A stretch of DNA of 38,805 bases from a virus. The notes beneath the pieces are model-generated. The model searched no databases. It was given only the letters and a program-made list of their open reading frames with translations, and was not told where the DNA came from. A program made the translations under genes and the position numbers. The DNA is taken from IMG/VR virus record IMGVR_UViG_3300038603_000019. One strand, 5' to 3'. Shown in pieces: positions 16,567 through 24,057 of this stretch; the first letter of the stretch is position 1, and each line of letters starts with the position of its first letter.

Positions 16567-16989
16567 CTTCCTACGTCTATCGGCAGCATCGGCGCTTAGT
16601 GTTCGGAAGTCATAACCACCATACAGATAAGGCGGCTCACAAACCAAGTCACTAAACATTGACCTTGCATCTACAAAGACTTTGCTCATCGAGTGAAGTA
16701 AATGACCCTCCCATTTTGAAACCCCAACCATTTCTGCGTAGTGCTTTATGTCAGACCAACTAACAGGTGAAACACCCATACCACTTGATTGACACTTGCC
16801 AAGCTCATCCCATGAAATACCAAGGTAACTGCAATCATTTAGCTCCGGCACTCTACAAACTAAACCATCTCCGTAGTATTCAGCCTTGCTAGTTGTTTCT
16901 TCCTTTTTCCCGACAGTATATTTAATAGTTGAACTAAGCCAACCAAGGTGCGCAGCGTACAGTAAGCAACTGTCAGCTACGCGATAGTA
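16561..16989 (-). CDS. tail assembly chaperone T-extension (expressed as a G-T fusion by a putative -1 frameshift)
   Basis: The -1 frame relative to gene G is open from 16995 to 16561 (checked codon by codon). It is closed by TGA just upstream of the TTTT run at 16992-16989. There is no SD or ATG; the track ORF starts at a GTG at 16851. Confidence 0.5.
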   Translation of the reverse strand, partial: YYRVADSCLLYAAHLGWLSSTIKYTVGKKEETTSKAEYYGDGLVCRVPELNDCSYLGISWDELGKCQSSGMGVSPVSWSDIKHYAEMVGVSKWEGHLLHSMSKVFVDARSMFSDLVCEPPYLYGGYDFRTLSADAADRRRKK

Positions 16990-17459
16990 AAAGCCTCAGC
17001 ATCGTTAAACGCATCACGAATCTGAGTTTTTAGGTGGTAGTTTTCAACTTGCGATACAGCATAGCTAAGGATTTCAGGGTTGAACTCCAGCTCTTTACCG
17101 TTTTCGTCCACAAAACCTTCCCAATCAATCGCCATTTCAGTGATAAAGTCGATCGCCAGGTCTTCTGACTGCATAAACATAGCCATGATATCTTGCTCGA
17201 CTTTTTCAACGTCCAGCTCTGCTTTTTGCCCTGCCAGTTCTTCGTATTCTTTTTGTTTGCCAGTCTTTAGGCGTGACAAGCGAACTTGCATTTTCAGATA
17301 TGCCTTGCGGAATACGTCGCCATGAATAGATTTAAACTTAATGCGTACAGGCTTTTTCTTTTTGTCATCCGCATACATCAGCTCATCATTTTCATCTTTA
17401 ATGTGAAGCCATAAGTCAGGCGCTTCACGGTGTTTCATGTTGATTACGTTAAAAGCCAT
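16977..17459 (-). CDS. tail assembly chaperone (gpG-like)
   Basis: 160 aa and acidic. Lies between the tail tube and tape measure genes. SD AGAGAGGA precedes the ATG at 17459. Confidence 0.6.
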   Translation of the reverse strand: MAFNVINMKHREAPDLWLHIKDENDELMYADDKKKKPVRIKFKSIHGDVFRKAYLKMQVRLSRLKTGKQKEYEELAGQKAELDVEKVEQDIMAMFMQSEDLAIDFITEMAIDWEGFVDENGKELEFNPEILSYAVSQVENYHLKTQIRDAFNDAEAFTIA

Positions 17460-17480
17460 TTTGATTCCTCTCTTAATCAA

Positions 17481-17515
17481 AAATAAAAAATGCGCCCCGC
17501 AAAATGAGAGGCGCA
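17481..17515 (-). terminator. attenuating terminator after the tail tube gene
   Basis: TGCGCC 17491-17496 pairs with GGCGCA 17510-17515. T-run on the minus strand (17481-17490). Confidence 0.5.
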
Positions 17516-17527
17516 GGACGCATGAAA

Positions 17528-18001
17528 TTAAGGCGCTGCGACTTCAACCATTTTCTTATCAACTGCAACGGTGTAAGTACAGCGGTTTAGTGGCACTTTC
17601 ACAGGCTCATAACCTGAAACCTTACCAGCGTAGTAAGTAGTCGAGCCGTCAGAGTGAGCAAGCTTGATTGATACCGGCGTAGTTTTGTTTGCGCCGTTAT
17701 GGTGGTCGATAAGTACAGCTTGACCATCATCATCAATAACGTGCGCGGTTACTAGGGTTGCGTCGCCCGCATCCGTGAACGTTAGCACCTTGATGATCTG
17801 ACCTGTTTTCATATCGTTGAATGTTTCAACGGTCGTTGATGAGGTGGGAATCGTAAAGTCTTCCATTAGACCTAACTCTTCCTCAGTACCATCAAACAAT
17901 GCAGCAAAACCGGCAGCGTCAAAAGTGGCAGGGTAGCCAGCTTTTACATATGCTATAGTGCCAATCGGTGATACTACATCTACTTCAGTAGCGATTGCCA
18001 T
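17528..18001 (-). CDS. major tail (tube) protein
   Basis: 157 aa and beta-rich. Position is immediately upstream of the chaperones and is followed by an attenuator. Confidence 0.6.
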   Translation of the reverse strand: MAIATEVDVVSPIGTIAYVKAGYPATFDAAGFAALFDGTEEELGLMEDFTIPTSSTTVETFNDMKTGQIIKVLTFTDAGDATLVTAHVIDDDGQAVLIDHHNGANKTTPVSIKLAHSDGSTTYYAGKVSGYEPVKVPLNRCTYTVAVDKKMVEVAAP

Positions 18002-18059
18002 GTCATTTCTCCTATAGGTTTAAGTATGACGTTGCTATTTTACTATATTTGTGAGGTTT

Positions 18060-18092
18060 GTCACATCAATGATTTCTGTGGGGTGGTATAGT
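18060..18092 (+). promoter_or_regulatory. GTCACR-N21-(-10) promoter-like element, copy A
   Basis: GTCACA 18060-18065, 21 nt, TATAGT 18087-18092, preceded by TGg (extended -10). ATG lies 32 nt downstream. Confidence 0.5.
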
Positions 18093-18124
18093 GATTTCGT
18101 TCAAAACAAATAGGAGAATGAGTA

Positions 18125-18382
18125 ATGAGCAACACAAAACGATTCTGCAAAATCCACGAAAGCAAGGATTACGGCCAGATTCTAGTAAGGCTTGATACAA
18201 ATGACGATGGAGAGCCCTGCATGACAATGACAATGAATATTAATGACATGTACGTATCCAACTCGATATCTGGATTTAACGATGATGTTACCGATGAGCA
18301 GTTGCTTGAATGTCTGGATGAAATTGGAGAAAAGGAGCTAGAAAGCTTCGCAAGCCAAATAGATAAACTGCTTAACAACTAA
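18125..18382 (+). CDS. hypothetical acidic protein (85 aa), opposite-strand insert
   Basis: SD AGGAG in a leader identical to the one at 21158-21181. Terminator follows. Confidence 0.6.
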   Translation: MSNTKRFCKIHESKDYGQILVRLDTNDDGEPCMTMTMNINDMYVSNSISGFNDDVTDEQLLECLDEIGEKELESFASQIDKLLNN

Positions 18383-18387
18383 AACAA

Positions 18388-18408
18388 AAGCCCCACATCG
18401 GGGCTTTT
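18388..18408. terminator. hairpin terminator
   Basis: AAGCCCC-acatc-GGGGCTTTT. Confidence 0.65.
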
Positions 18409-18409
18409 C

Positions 18410-18793
18410 TCATTTCGTAATCTGAAAATCAATAATAACGTTTATTTTTTGGTGTGCTTCGGTTGGGTACGGTGTGGATTGGTTAGCCTGTAAAATCAAT
18501 ACGCGCCTATCTAACACTGGCACGGAATAACCTCTCACATAAACCGCTAGCACCTTATTAGCCTCCGCCATCATCGCATATTTATTGGTGCCAAGTTGCG
18601 CGCTAATCTCAACGTTAAATTGACCTGTCATTACTCTCGCGCTGCTATTCAAAAACAAACCGTCAGAATCAGCGTTATTCAAAGCAACGCGCATTGATAC
18701 CGAATCAGTTGGAATGTTTTTGTTGTGGACTGGTATTGATACTTTCGCTTTTAAGTCATCCTCAAAAGCTTTTACTGCGTCTAGGAATGTCAT
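18410..18793 (-). CDS. tail terminator / tail completion protein (positional call)
   Basis: 127 aa, directly upstream of the tail tube gene. Confidence 0.35.
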   Translation of the reverse strand: MTFLDAVKAFEDDLKAKVSIPVHNKNIPTDSVSMRVALNNADSDGLFLNSSARVMTGQFNVEISAQLGTNKYAMMAEANKVLAVYVRGYSVPVLDRRVLILQANQSTPYPTEAHQKINVIIDFQITK

Positions 18794-18804
18794 TATTTAG
18801 CCTC

Positions 18805-18834
18805 TTGAATAAGTTTTACACATTATACTATAAT
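18805..18834 (+). promoter_or_regulatory. sigma70-type promoter
   Basis: TTGAAT 18805-18810, 18-nt spacer, TATAAT 18829-18834. Confidence 0.55.
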
Positions 18835-18929
18835 GATTACCGCAAGGCACAATGCGCGAAAGTAACCGAGTTAGCCGAAAGGTCGCGAGCCTAGCCTCTC
18901 TATTTTATCCCACCAAGAGAGGTTCAGCC

Positions 18930-19766
18930 ATGAATGCGCCAGAAGACATCAAAAACGGAACTATTCACGACACCAATCAGTATGGAAAAATAATTGTAGT
19001 CGAATACAGGAAGTATAATGACATAACAGTTGAGTTCCTTGATACTGGATTCAGAAAGATTTGTACAACCAACAACATAAGAAACGGTCAGGTTGCTGAC
19101 GATTCAGCAATGCCAGCAGACATCAAGCCTGGAACAATTATGCGATCAAAAAACTTTGGTAAATTTGTAATAGTTGGCAAATCAAAAGCAAAGAAAACTT
19201 ACGCAACAGTACAGTTTGAGGAAACCGGCACTTTAGCTTCATTTAGGTATGACGACATAAGAAACGGTTCCGTAATGGATCGAAATAAAAAAACTGTATT
19301 TGGTGTTGGATTTATAGGTTATGGCGAATACAGCACCAGAGATATCAAAGCTTACAAGTGCTGGAACAGGATGCTTGAGAGGTGCTATAGCGAAAGGTGG
19401 CACAAATCAAAGCCAACGTATATTGGATGCAAAGTTTGTGAGGATTGGCACAACTACCAAGTTTTTGCAAAGTGGTATTTCGAAAACCACCCTCAAGACG
19501 GAGGTGATTATCATCTTGACAAGGATCTTGGTTGCTACGGAATGAACGGTAAGATTTACTCGCCAGAGACTTGTATTTTTGTTCCGCCAGAAATCAATGC
19601 AGAAGAGTCTCACGCAAAGTCATATAGATTCAAAAAAGAAGGAAAGACTTACGATATATACAACATGAGCAAGTTCTGCGAAAGAAATGGACTATCAAAG
19701 TCAAATATGGCAGCGGTAAACACAGGAAGAATTCACTCCTACAAAGGTTGGACAAGAGCGGGCTAA
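18930..19766 (+). CDS. homing-endonuclease-like / DNA-binding protein (tandem N-terminal repeats plus Cys/Trp-rich C-domain)
   Basis: Two repeats of about 55 aa (IKNGTIHDTNQYGKIIVVEY...IRNGQVAD and IKPGTIMRSKNFGKFVIVGK...IRNGSVMD). These are followed by GVGFIGYGEY...YKCWNRMLERCY...CKVCEDWHNYQVFAKW. The ATG at 18930 with SD AGAGAGG is preferred to 18852. Confidence 0.4.
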   Translation: MNAPEDIKNGTIHDTNQYGKIIVVEYRKYNDITVEFLDTGFRKICTTNNIRNGQVADDSAMPADIKPGTIMRSKNFGKFVIVGKSKAKKTYATVQFEETGTLASFRYDDIRNGSVMDRNKKTVFGVGFIGYGEYSTRDIKAYKCWNRMLERCYSERWHKSKPTYIGCKVCEDWHNYQVFAKWYFENHPQDGGDYHLDKDLGCYGMNGKIYSPETCIFVPPEINAEESHAKSYRFKKEGKTYDIYNMSKFCERNGLSKSNMAAVNTGRIHSYKGWTRAG

Positions 19767-20191
19767 CCGCTCTTTAATTCTGTATTCAGGAATTTAATAA
19801 GCCTAGACACCGCAGGCCTGTAAACTCCATCTGGAGCTTGACTGGAATGCCCATATTCTATAGGTATGGAATAAGGCAATGGGTTGGTCATAAATAGCGT
19901 TTGTCCTATTTTGAATTTGGCTATATCAGACTGTAAATCCATCATTATTGATGACTGACTTGAAATGCCCTTCTCAAATGATGTTATCTTTGAAATTGAT
20001 ATTCTATGATTAGATCTATAGCTACCGGCACGGTAATAATTTGGTGCTGGTTGCTGCCATAATTCAGGCGCCCCCACAGGCGAGCCAAGTATCACCGTAT
20101 TAGCCGCATCAAACAAACCAGCCCTTAGCTGTTTCTCTGTGAGCTTTTCATTCTTGATTATGATGTTTTTTAGGTCTTTGCTCCATGACAT
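19763..20191 (-). CDS. head-tail joining / neck protein (positional call)
   Basis: 142 aa. SD GGAGG precedes the ATG at 20191. Lies in the connector gene run. Confidence 0.35.
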   Translation of the reverse strand: MSWSKDLKNIIIKNEKLTEKQLRAGLFDAANTVILGSPVGAPELWQQPAPNYYRAGSYRSNHRISISKITSFEKGISSQSSIMMDLQSDIAKFKIGQTLFMTNPLPYSIPIEYGHSSQAPDGVYRPAVSRLIKFLNTELKSG

Positions 20192-20195
20192 CGGA

Positions 20196-20594
20196 TTACC
20201 TCCGCAAATGCAGCTTAGCAATAATCTGCGTAGACGTTGGCTTTACTTCCTCGCCCATAACAACGCGCCATAGCTCTCCGTCAACTTCGGCATACATTCT
20301 GTCACCACCGTTGCGCAGTTGGTTATAGAAAGTGATATATTCATCACTCATAACATCAGGCGCAAATATCAACTTAACATCACCAGCTTGCGCGATGCCT
20401 TCCTTTAAATGCCAAGAGCTGAAACCCGTAGTAATGCCATAGCCGTCATAATCAACATCAGGCTCAGCGGCCTGAATATCGCCGTTTTCGTCATATCCGC
20501 CACCAGGCAAGCCCTTTTTAATTAGCTTGACCGCAAAACCATCTTCTTTGAGCGTCTCTCGTGCGTCTTGGTAATCTTCAAAGTATGTTTGCAT
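20196..20594 (-). CDS. head closure / head-tail adaptor protein (positional call)
   Basis: 132 aa, tightly packed with its neighbours. Confidence 0.35.
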   Translation of the reverse strand: MQTYFEDYQDARETLKEDGFAVKLIKKGLPGGGYDENGDIQAAEPDVDYDGYGITTGFSSWHLKEGIAQAGDVKLIFAPDVMSDEYITFYNQLRNGGDRMYAEVDGELWRVVMGEEVKPTSTQIIAKLHLRR

Positions 20595-20597
20595 AAC

Positions 20598-21095
20598 CTA
20601 CCCCAAATACGCCCAATAGTTACCGTTAGCCGGACAAGTAAACATCGCCAGCAACTCATTAGCGCGAGTGATTACCTTTTTACCTGACTGTGAGCCTGAT
20701 TCAATACCGAAGTATTCAGTCTCGATAACGTCAATCTTCTTGCGCTTAACTCGCTTGTCATTATCCACAACCGTGTAAATATCACCACTAGCAGCATAAG
20801 CAGCCGCAACGATTTGAGCGTCAATTGCTTGCTGTGGGATTTGGTCGCTAGGATATTCGTTGTCACCAATTGCTACGCCTGTACGAGGCCAGCTAGTGCC
20901 TTGCCAGCTAATCACAGTCTCACCGTAGTAACAAAGCGAGTTTAGATACACATTACCCTTAACGAGTGCAACCTCAAGCTCTGTGTCGTCCGCAGGCAGC
21001 GTAACACCTAAATTAACCGCCCTTGCTCTAGCATCAGCAACGCTTACCATGCTATCGGCATCAGCTGTCGGGTTTAATGGGTCTTGAACAATCAT
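20598..21095 (-). CDS. head-tail connector (gp6 / DnaT-like adaptor)
   Basis: ADARARAVNLGVTLP...LVKGNVYLNSL.YYG...QGTSWPRTG resembles adaptor proteins. SD GGAGA precedes the ATG at 21095. The long N-terminal extension in the ORF track is rejected. Confidence 0.45.
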   Translation of the reverse strand: MIVQDPLNPTADADSMVSVADARARAVNLGVTLPADDTELEVALVKGNVYLNSLCYYGETVISWQGTSWPRTGVAIGDNEYPSDQIPQQAIDAQIVAAAYAASGDIYTVVDNDKRVKRKKIDVIETEYFGIESGSQSGKKVITRANELLAMFTCPANGNYWAYLG

Positions 21096-21119
21096 TTTAT
21101 TTCTCCGATTGTGATAATG

Positions 21120-21152
21120 GTCACAGTATAACCGATTTGGAGGGGTTATAGT
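21120..21152 (+). promoter_or_regulatory. GTCACR-N21-(-10) promoter-like element, copy B
   Basis: GTCACA 21120-21125, 21 nt, TATAGT 21147-21152. ATG lies 32 nt downstream. Confidence 0.5.
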
Positions 21153-21184
21153 AATTGCGTTCAAAACAAATAGGAGAATGAACC

Positions 21185-21412
21185 ATGAAATACCAGAAGC
21201 AAGATAAAGTGGCGATTGCAAAGGGTCTTTTCTGCATCGGCGGCAATGACAACATGCCAGAGGAGATTGAGCAAACCATGAATGATTTGGATGTAGTTGA
21301 GGGTTGTGAGCTAGAATACTTCTTCACAAGAGATGATGGGTTCCACTTTGTTTATCATGAAGGTTTCGAGCTTGGATTTTGGGTCAACCCTAACCTTGTT
21401 GAGGTAAAGTAA
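21185..21412 (+). CDS. hypothetical acidic protein (75 aa), opposite-strand insert
   Basis: The leader CGTTCAAAACAAATAGGAGAATGA is identical to 18098-18121. Terminator follows. Confidence 0.6.
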   Translation: MKYQKQDKVAIAKGLFCIGGNDNMPEEIEQTMNDLDVVEGCELEYFFTRDDGFHFVYHEGFELGFWVNPNLVEVK

Positions 21413-21415
21413 ACC

Positions 21416-21439
21416 AAGCCCGCACTAAGCGGGCTTTTC
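21416..21439. terminator. hairpin terminator
   Basis: AGCCCGC-actaa-GCGGGCTTTT. Confidence 0.65.
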
Positions 21440-21443
21440 TTTA

Positions 21444-22019
21444 TCAATCAAAACTCTCAGGCTCACCTTCAAACCACTCTAGGCGGTAGCTGAATCGACC
21501 TGCACCCTCAATCTTAACTAGAAACTCAGTATCAGCCGGAATGATGCGTTCACTTTCAGGAGGTATTGAGTTTGCATCCCTGAATATTCCAGTCGTACCA
21601 CCGAAGTAGTATTCTGGTTCATCATCAATTAAAGTGCCGTCGTCCGTAACAGTAGGGTCTTTAAGCGCTGTAACGGTTGTAGCTTGTGGATTAATTCGGT
21701 TTAAGTTTGACGGGTTAATAACCGTTCCTGTCGCTGGCGTAATTGTTGGATTAGCAAAAATTGAAAGCGCAAATTCCTCACCAATATAGCTAACGATTCG
21801 CGTCTTTACTATTACAGGCTTTGCGCCAGTTTTAAAGTAAACGTAACGCGGCGCGTTTGCTGCAATCGGGTCAGCGTTAGGCCATGATGCTCGCAAGTAA
21901 AACTGCAAGCCGCGCTTAATGTTAACAGGGTCGAATGGCTCAACAATAAATGCCCGCTGACCTTTCTCTAGCATTTCTGTGAGAAACTCAACAAAGTATT
22001 TTCTTACTGACATAGTCAT
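21444..22019 (-). CDS. hypothetical head-associated structural protein
   Basis: 191 aa, immediately downstream of the capsid gene and its attenuator. Confidence 0.4.
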   Translation of the reverse strand: MTMSVRKYFVEFLTEMLEKGQRAFIVEPFDPVNIKRGLQFYLRASWPNADPIAANAPRYVYFKTGAKPVIVKTRIVSYIGEEFALSIFANPTITPATGTVINPSNLNRINPQATTVTALKDPTVTDDGTLIDDEPEYYFGGTTGIFRDANSIPPESERIIPADTEFLVKIEGAGRFSYRLEWFEGEPESFD

Positions 22020-22035
22020 AATTTATTACCTCATA

Positions 22036-22060
22036 GAAAAAAGGCTCCACAATGGGAGCC
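22036..22060 (-). terminator. attenuating terminator after the major capsid gene
   Basis: GGCTCC / GGAGCC stem with a T-run on the minus strand. Confidence 0.6.
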
Positions 22061-22080
22061 TAATTGAAATCAACTCACCA

Positions 22081-23028
22081 TTAAGGCGTAGTTGTTAGTG
22101 TAATGATGAAGCCAGCGGTTGCCTTGTCGCTTGTTGCGTACTTCTCCCAGTTGGTAGTTGTAGCAAGTGAAGCAGCAGACGGGTTAACGTTTGTTTTGGT
22201 CTTCCATTTGTAACCAAGAACCTCAACGTTAGCTGTACCCTCAGCACGGAAACCGATAGCCAAGTTTTCTTGGTCGTCAATCATGTAAGAGCGCATGCCC
22301 GGAGCTTGTGACTCAGTAATCATTACCGCACCAGCTACAAGACCGAAAATCTTAGTCGCTGGACATTGGTCAGTTACAAGTACAGGCTTGCCAAGTGTGC
22401 CAGGTGTACCGCCGTAAACTACAACGCCAGCCTCTTCGTAAAGCTTGTTGTCGATAGCTTCGTCAACGATATCGAAGTAAGACGTTGAATCCATTACCCA
22501 GATTGCGATAGATGACGCTTTATCACCCATTGTGCGCAGACCTTTAGTAAGGACTTTCTTACCTTCAGTTGCAAGCTCACCAGACACATTCATGCCAGCG
22601 TTAGAGCCGATTGCGCCTTGTAGCGCGTTCAGTGCGTAACCAATCCAACCAGACATTGTAGCGTCTGCCATATCTTGACCGATAATTTCAGAGAACTCCT
22701 CAGGCGAACGAGCGCGGCGCTTGAACGCTTCTTCTGTCGTTTCGTATGGACCATATTTCCATGGCACCTTCACTGATACCATTTCATCAGCAGCAATCTT
22801 GGTGCCTGTCACCGCTGCGGTTGAGTTTACATCACGGTCGGCGATAGAGCCACCCACTTTGTAGAACGAGCGAAGTTTCAAATCACCTTCGATTAGCTCA
22901 GAGTTTAGACCAATCGCAGCGCGTGAGTTTTCGTTAAACACAGCTAGGTTATCCATATTGCGCTCTAGGTACGCAGTTTGGGCTGTGTCGTTGTAGATTA
23001 CTAAATCAGAGTTTACTGTAGTAGCCAT
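22081..23028 (-). CDS. major capsid protein
   Basis: 315 aa. Follows the scaffold gene after a 10-nt gap. Strongly biased codon use, and an attenuator follows. Confidence 0.75.
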   Translation of the reverse strand: MATTVNSDLVIYNDTAQTAYLERNMDNLAVFNENSRAAIGLNSELIEGDLKLRSFYKVGGSIADRDVNSTAAVTGTKIAADEMVSVKVPWKYGPYETTEEAFKRRARSPEEFSEIIGQDMADATMSGWIGYALNALQGAIGSNAGMNVSGELATEGKKVLTKGLRTMGDKASSIAIWVMDSTSYFDIVDEAIDNKLYEEAGVVVYGGTPGTLGKPVLVTDQCPATKIFGLVAGAVMITESQAPGMRSYMIDDQENLAIGFRAEGTANVEVLGYKWKTKTNVNPSAASLATTTNWEKYATSDKATAGFIITLTTTP

Positions 23029-23038
23029 TGCTTAATCC

Positions 23039-23689
23039 TTACTTTGGTAGTTTCAAAAATGCTTCCTGACCATGCTCCTGTTGATATGCGCGCTTTTCTG
23101 TCGCGCTCATCTTAGAGCGGTGAGGAGTTACCGAGTGTTGCCCTTGACCACCAGCAGCTTGTGCGCCGGTTGATGTAGGAGCTTTAATTCTTGAGGCGAA
23201 TTGGTCATTGGCTGATAGAGCCTTAAAGTAATCATCAAAGTTGTTGTACTGATTACCGTTAAACTCGAATGTATCAACTACCACGCCATTCTCAAACTTA
23301 GGTTTAATATGCTGTGACAGTGCGTATTCAATTAAGTCAGCGTCTTGGCTAAACTTAGATTTAGCTTGCTGTCTCAATGATTCCGCACGACTTGTAACAA
23401 GACTAGATTGCAGTTTCTCAAGCTCTTGGCGGTCTAATTGACGTAGCTCTTCAAACTTTCCTTCTGCTTCTAGTTTCTCTCGTTTAGCCTGTTCAGCGGC
23501 GCGTTCAATTTCCTCGCGTTCGGTTTTTAAGCCTTGTAGTTCGGTCTTTGTTCGCTCTAAACCCTTTCGTAAACCGTCAGTTTGCGGAGCATTTTCAATC
23601 ACTGCGTCCAGTTTTGATACGTCGAAATCATCAGGTGCTTTCACTTCAAAACCATTGGCTTGAAGTTGTTCAAGAATGTAATGTTCCAT
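23039..23689 (-). CDS. scaffolding protein
   Basis: Charged, helical, Glu/Lys/Gln-rich 216-aa protein directly upstream of the capsid gene. SD AGAGAGG precedes the ATG at 23689. Confidence 0.65.
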   Translation of the reverse strand: MEHYILEQLQANGFEVKAPDDFDVSKLDAVIENAPQTDGLRKGLERTKTELQGLKTEREEIERAAEQAKREKLEAEGKFEELRQLDRQELEKLQSSLVTSRAESLRQQAKSKFSQDADLIEYALSQHIKPKFENGVVVDTFEFNGNQYNNFDDYFKALSANDQFASRIKAPTSTGAQAAGGQGQHSVTPHRSKMSATEKRAYQQEHGQEAFLKLPK

Positions 23690-23742
23690 TTGTTGCCTCT
23701 CTTTTTCCCACATCAAACAGCGCGTTTGTGTGTCTATGTCAC

Positions 23743-23771
23743 ATTTTAAGGCATTTAACATTGACAGGCAA
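23743..23771 (-). promoter_or_regulatory. sigma70-type promoter for the scaffold/capsid operon
   Basis: Minus strand reads TTGCCT (23771-23766), 17 nt, TAAAAT (23748-23743). Confidence 0.5.
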
Positions 23772-23780
23772 CAGGCAAAG

Positions 23781-23801
23781 AAAAAACCCTCACGAGGAGG
23801 G
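23781..23801 (-). terminator. terminator ending the 25183->23809 cassette
   Basis: CCCTC-acgag-GAGGG with TTTTTT on the minus strand. Confidence 0.6.
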
Positions 23802-23808
23802 CTTGCTT

Positions 23809-24057
23809 TTATTGGTCAATCCTAATGAATCCAGCAGGTGTAAATATTGAATCCCACTCATAACCACAATTCGTACACTTTCTATGGTCTAGGTTTGAAT
23901 CCCTATCACTTACGGTTGTGATTATGTTGTTACCTTCACTTTCCCATTTTCCACAGCGATAACATGCGTGATTCATTCCATTTTCTGTTGTGTATTTATC
24001 CTTTGCTTTTTCGTTAAAGAAGTCAGCAATCCGTTTTAGCGTTTTGAATTTCATCAC
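23809..24057 (-). CDS. zinc-ribbon protein (82 aa)
   Basis: CYRCGKW...CTNCGYEW (CxxC-N26-CxxC). The start overlaps the upstream stop. Confidence 0.55.
   Translation of the reverse strand: MMKFKTLKRIADFFNEKAKDKYTTENGMNHACYRCGKWESEGNNIITTVSDRDSNLDHRKCTNCGYEWDSIFTPAGFIRIDQ

Noticed and set aside
20598-21221. Long N-terminal extensions in the ORF track. Affected ORFs: 20598-21221, 31776-32516, 23039-23761, 25022-25255, 28065-29534, 12807-16016, 33197-33619, 19763-20221, 18852-19766 and 16977-17480.
   Set aside because: In each case an internal ATG with a good SD gives a product starting at a sensible point. The extension would run through promoter or terminator elements or a neighbouring gene.
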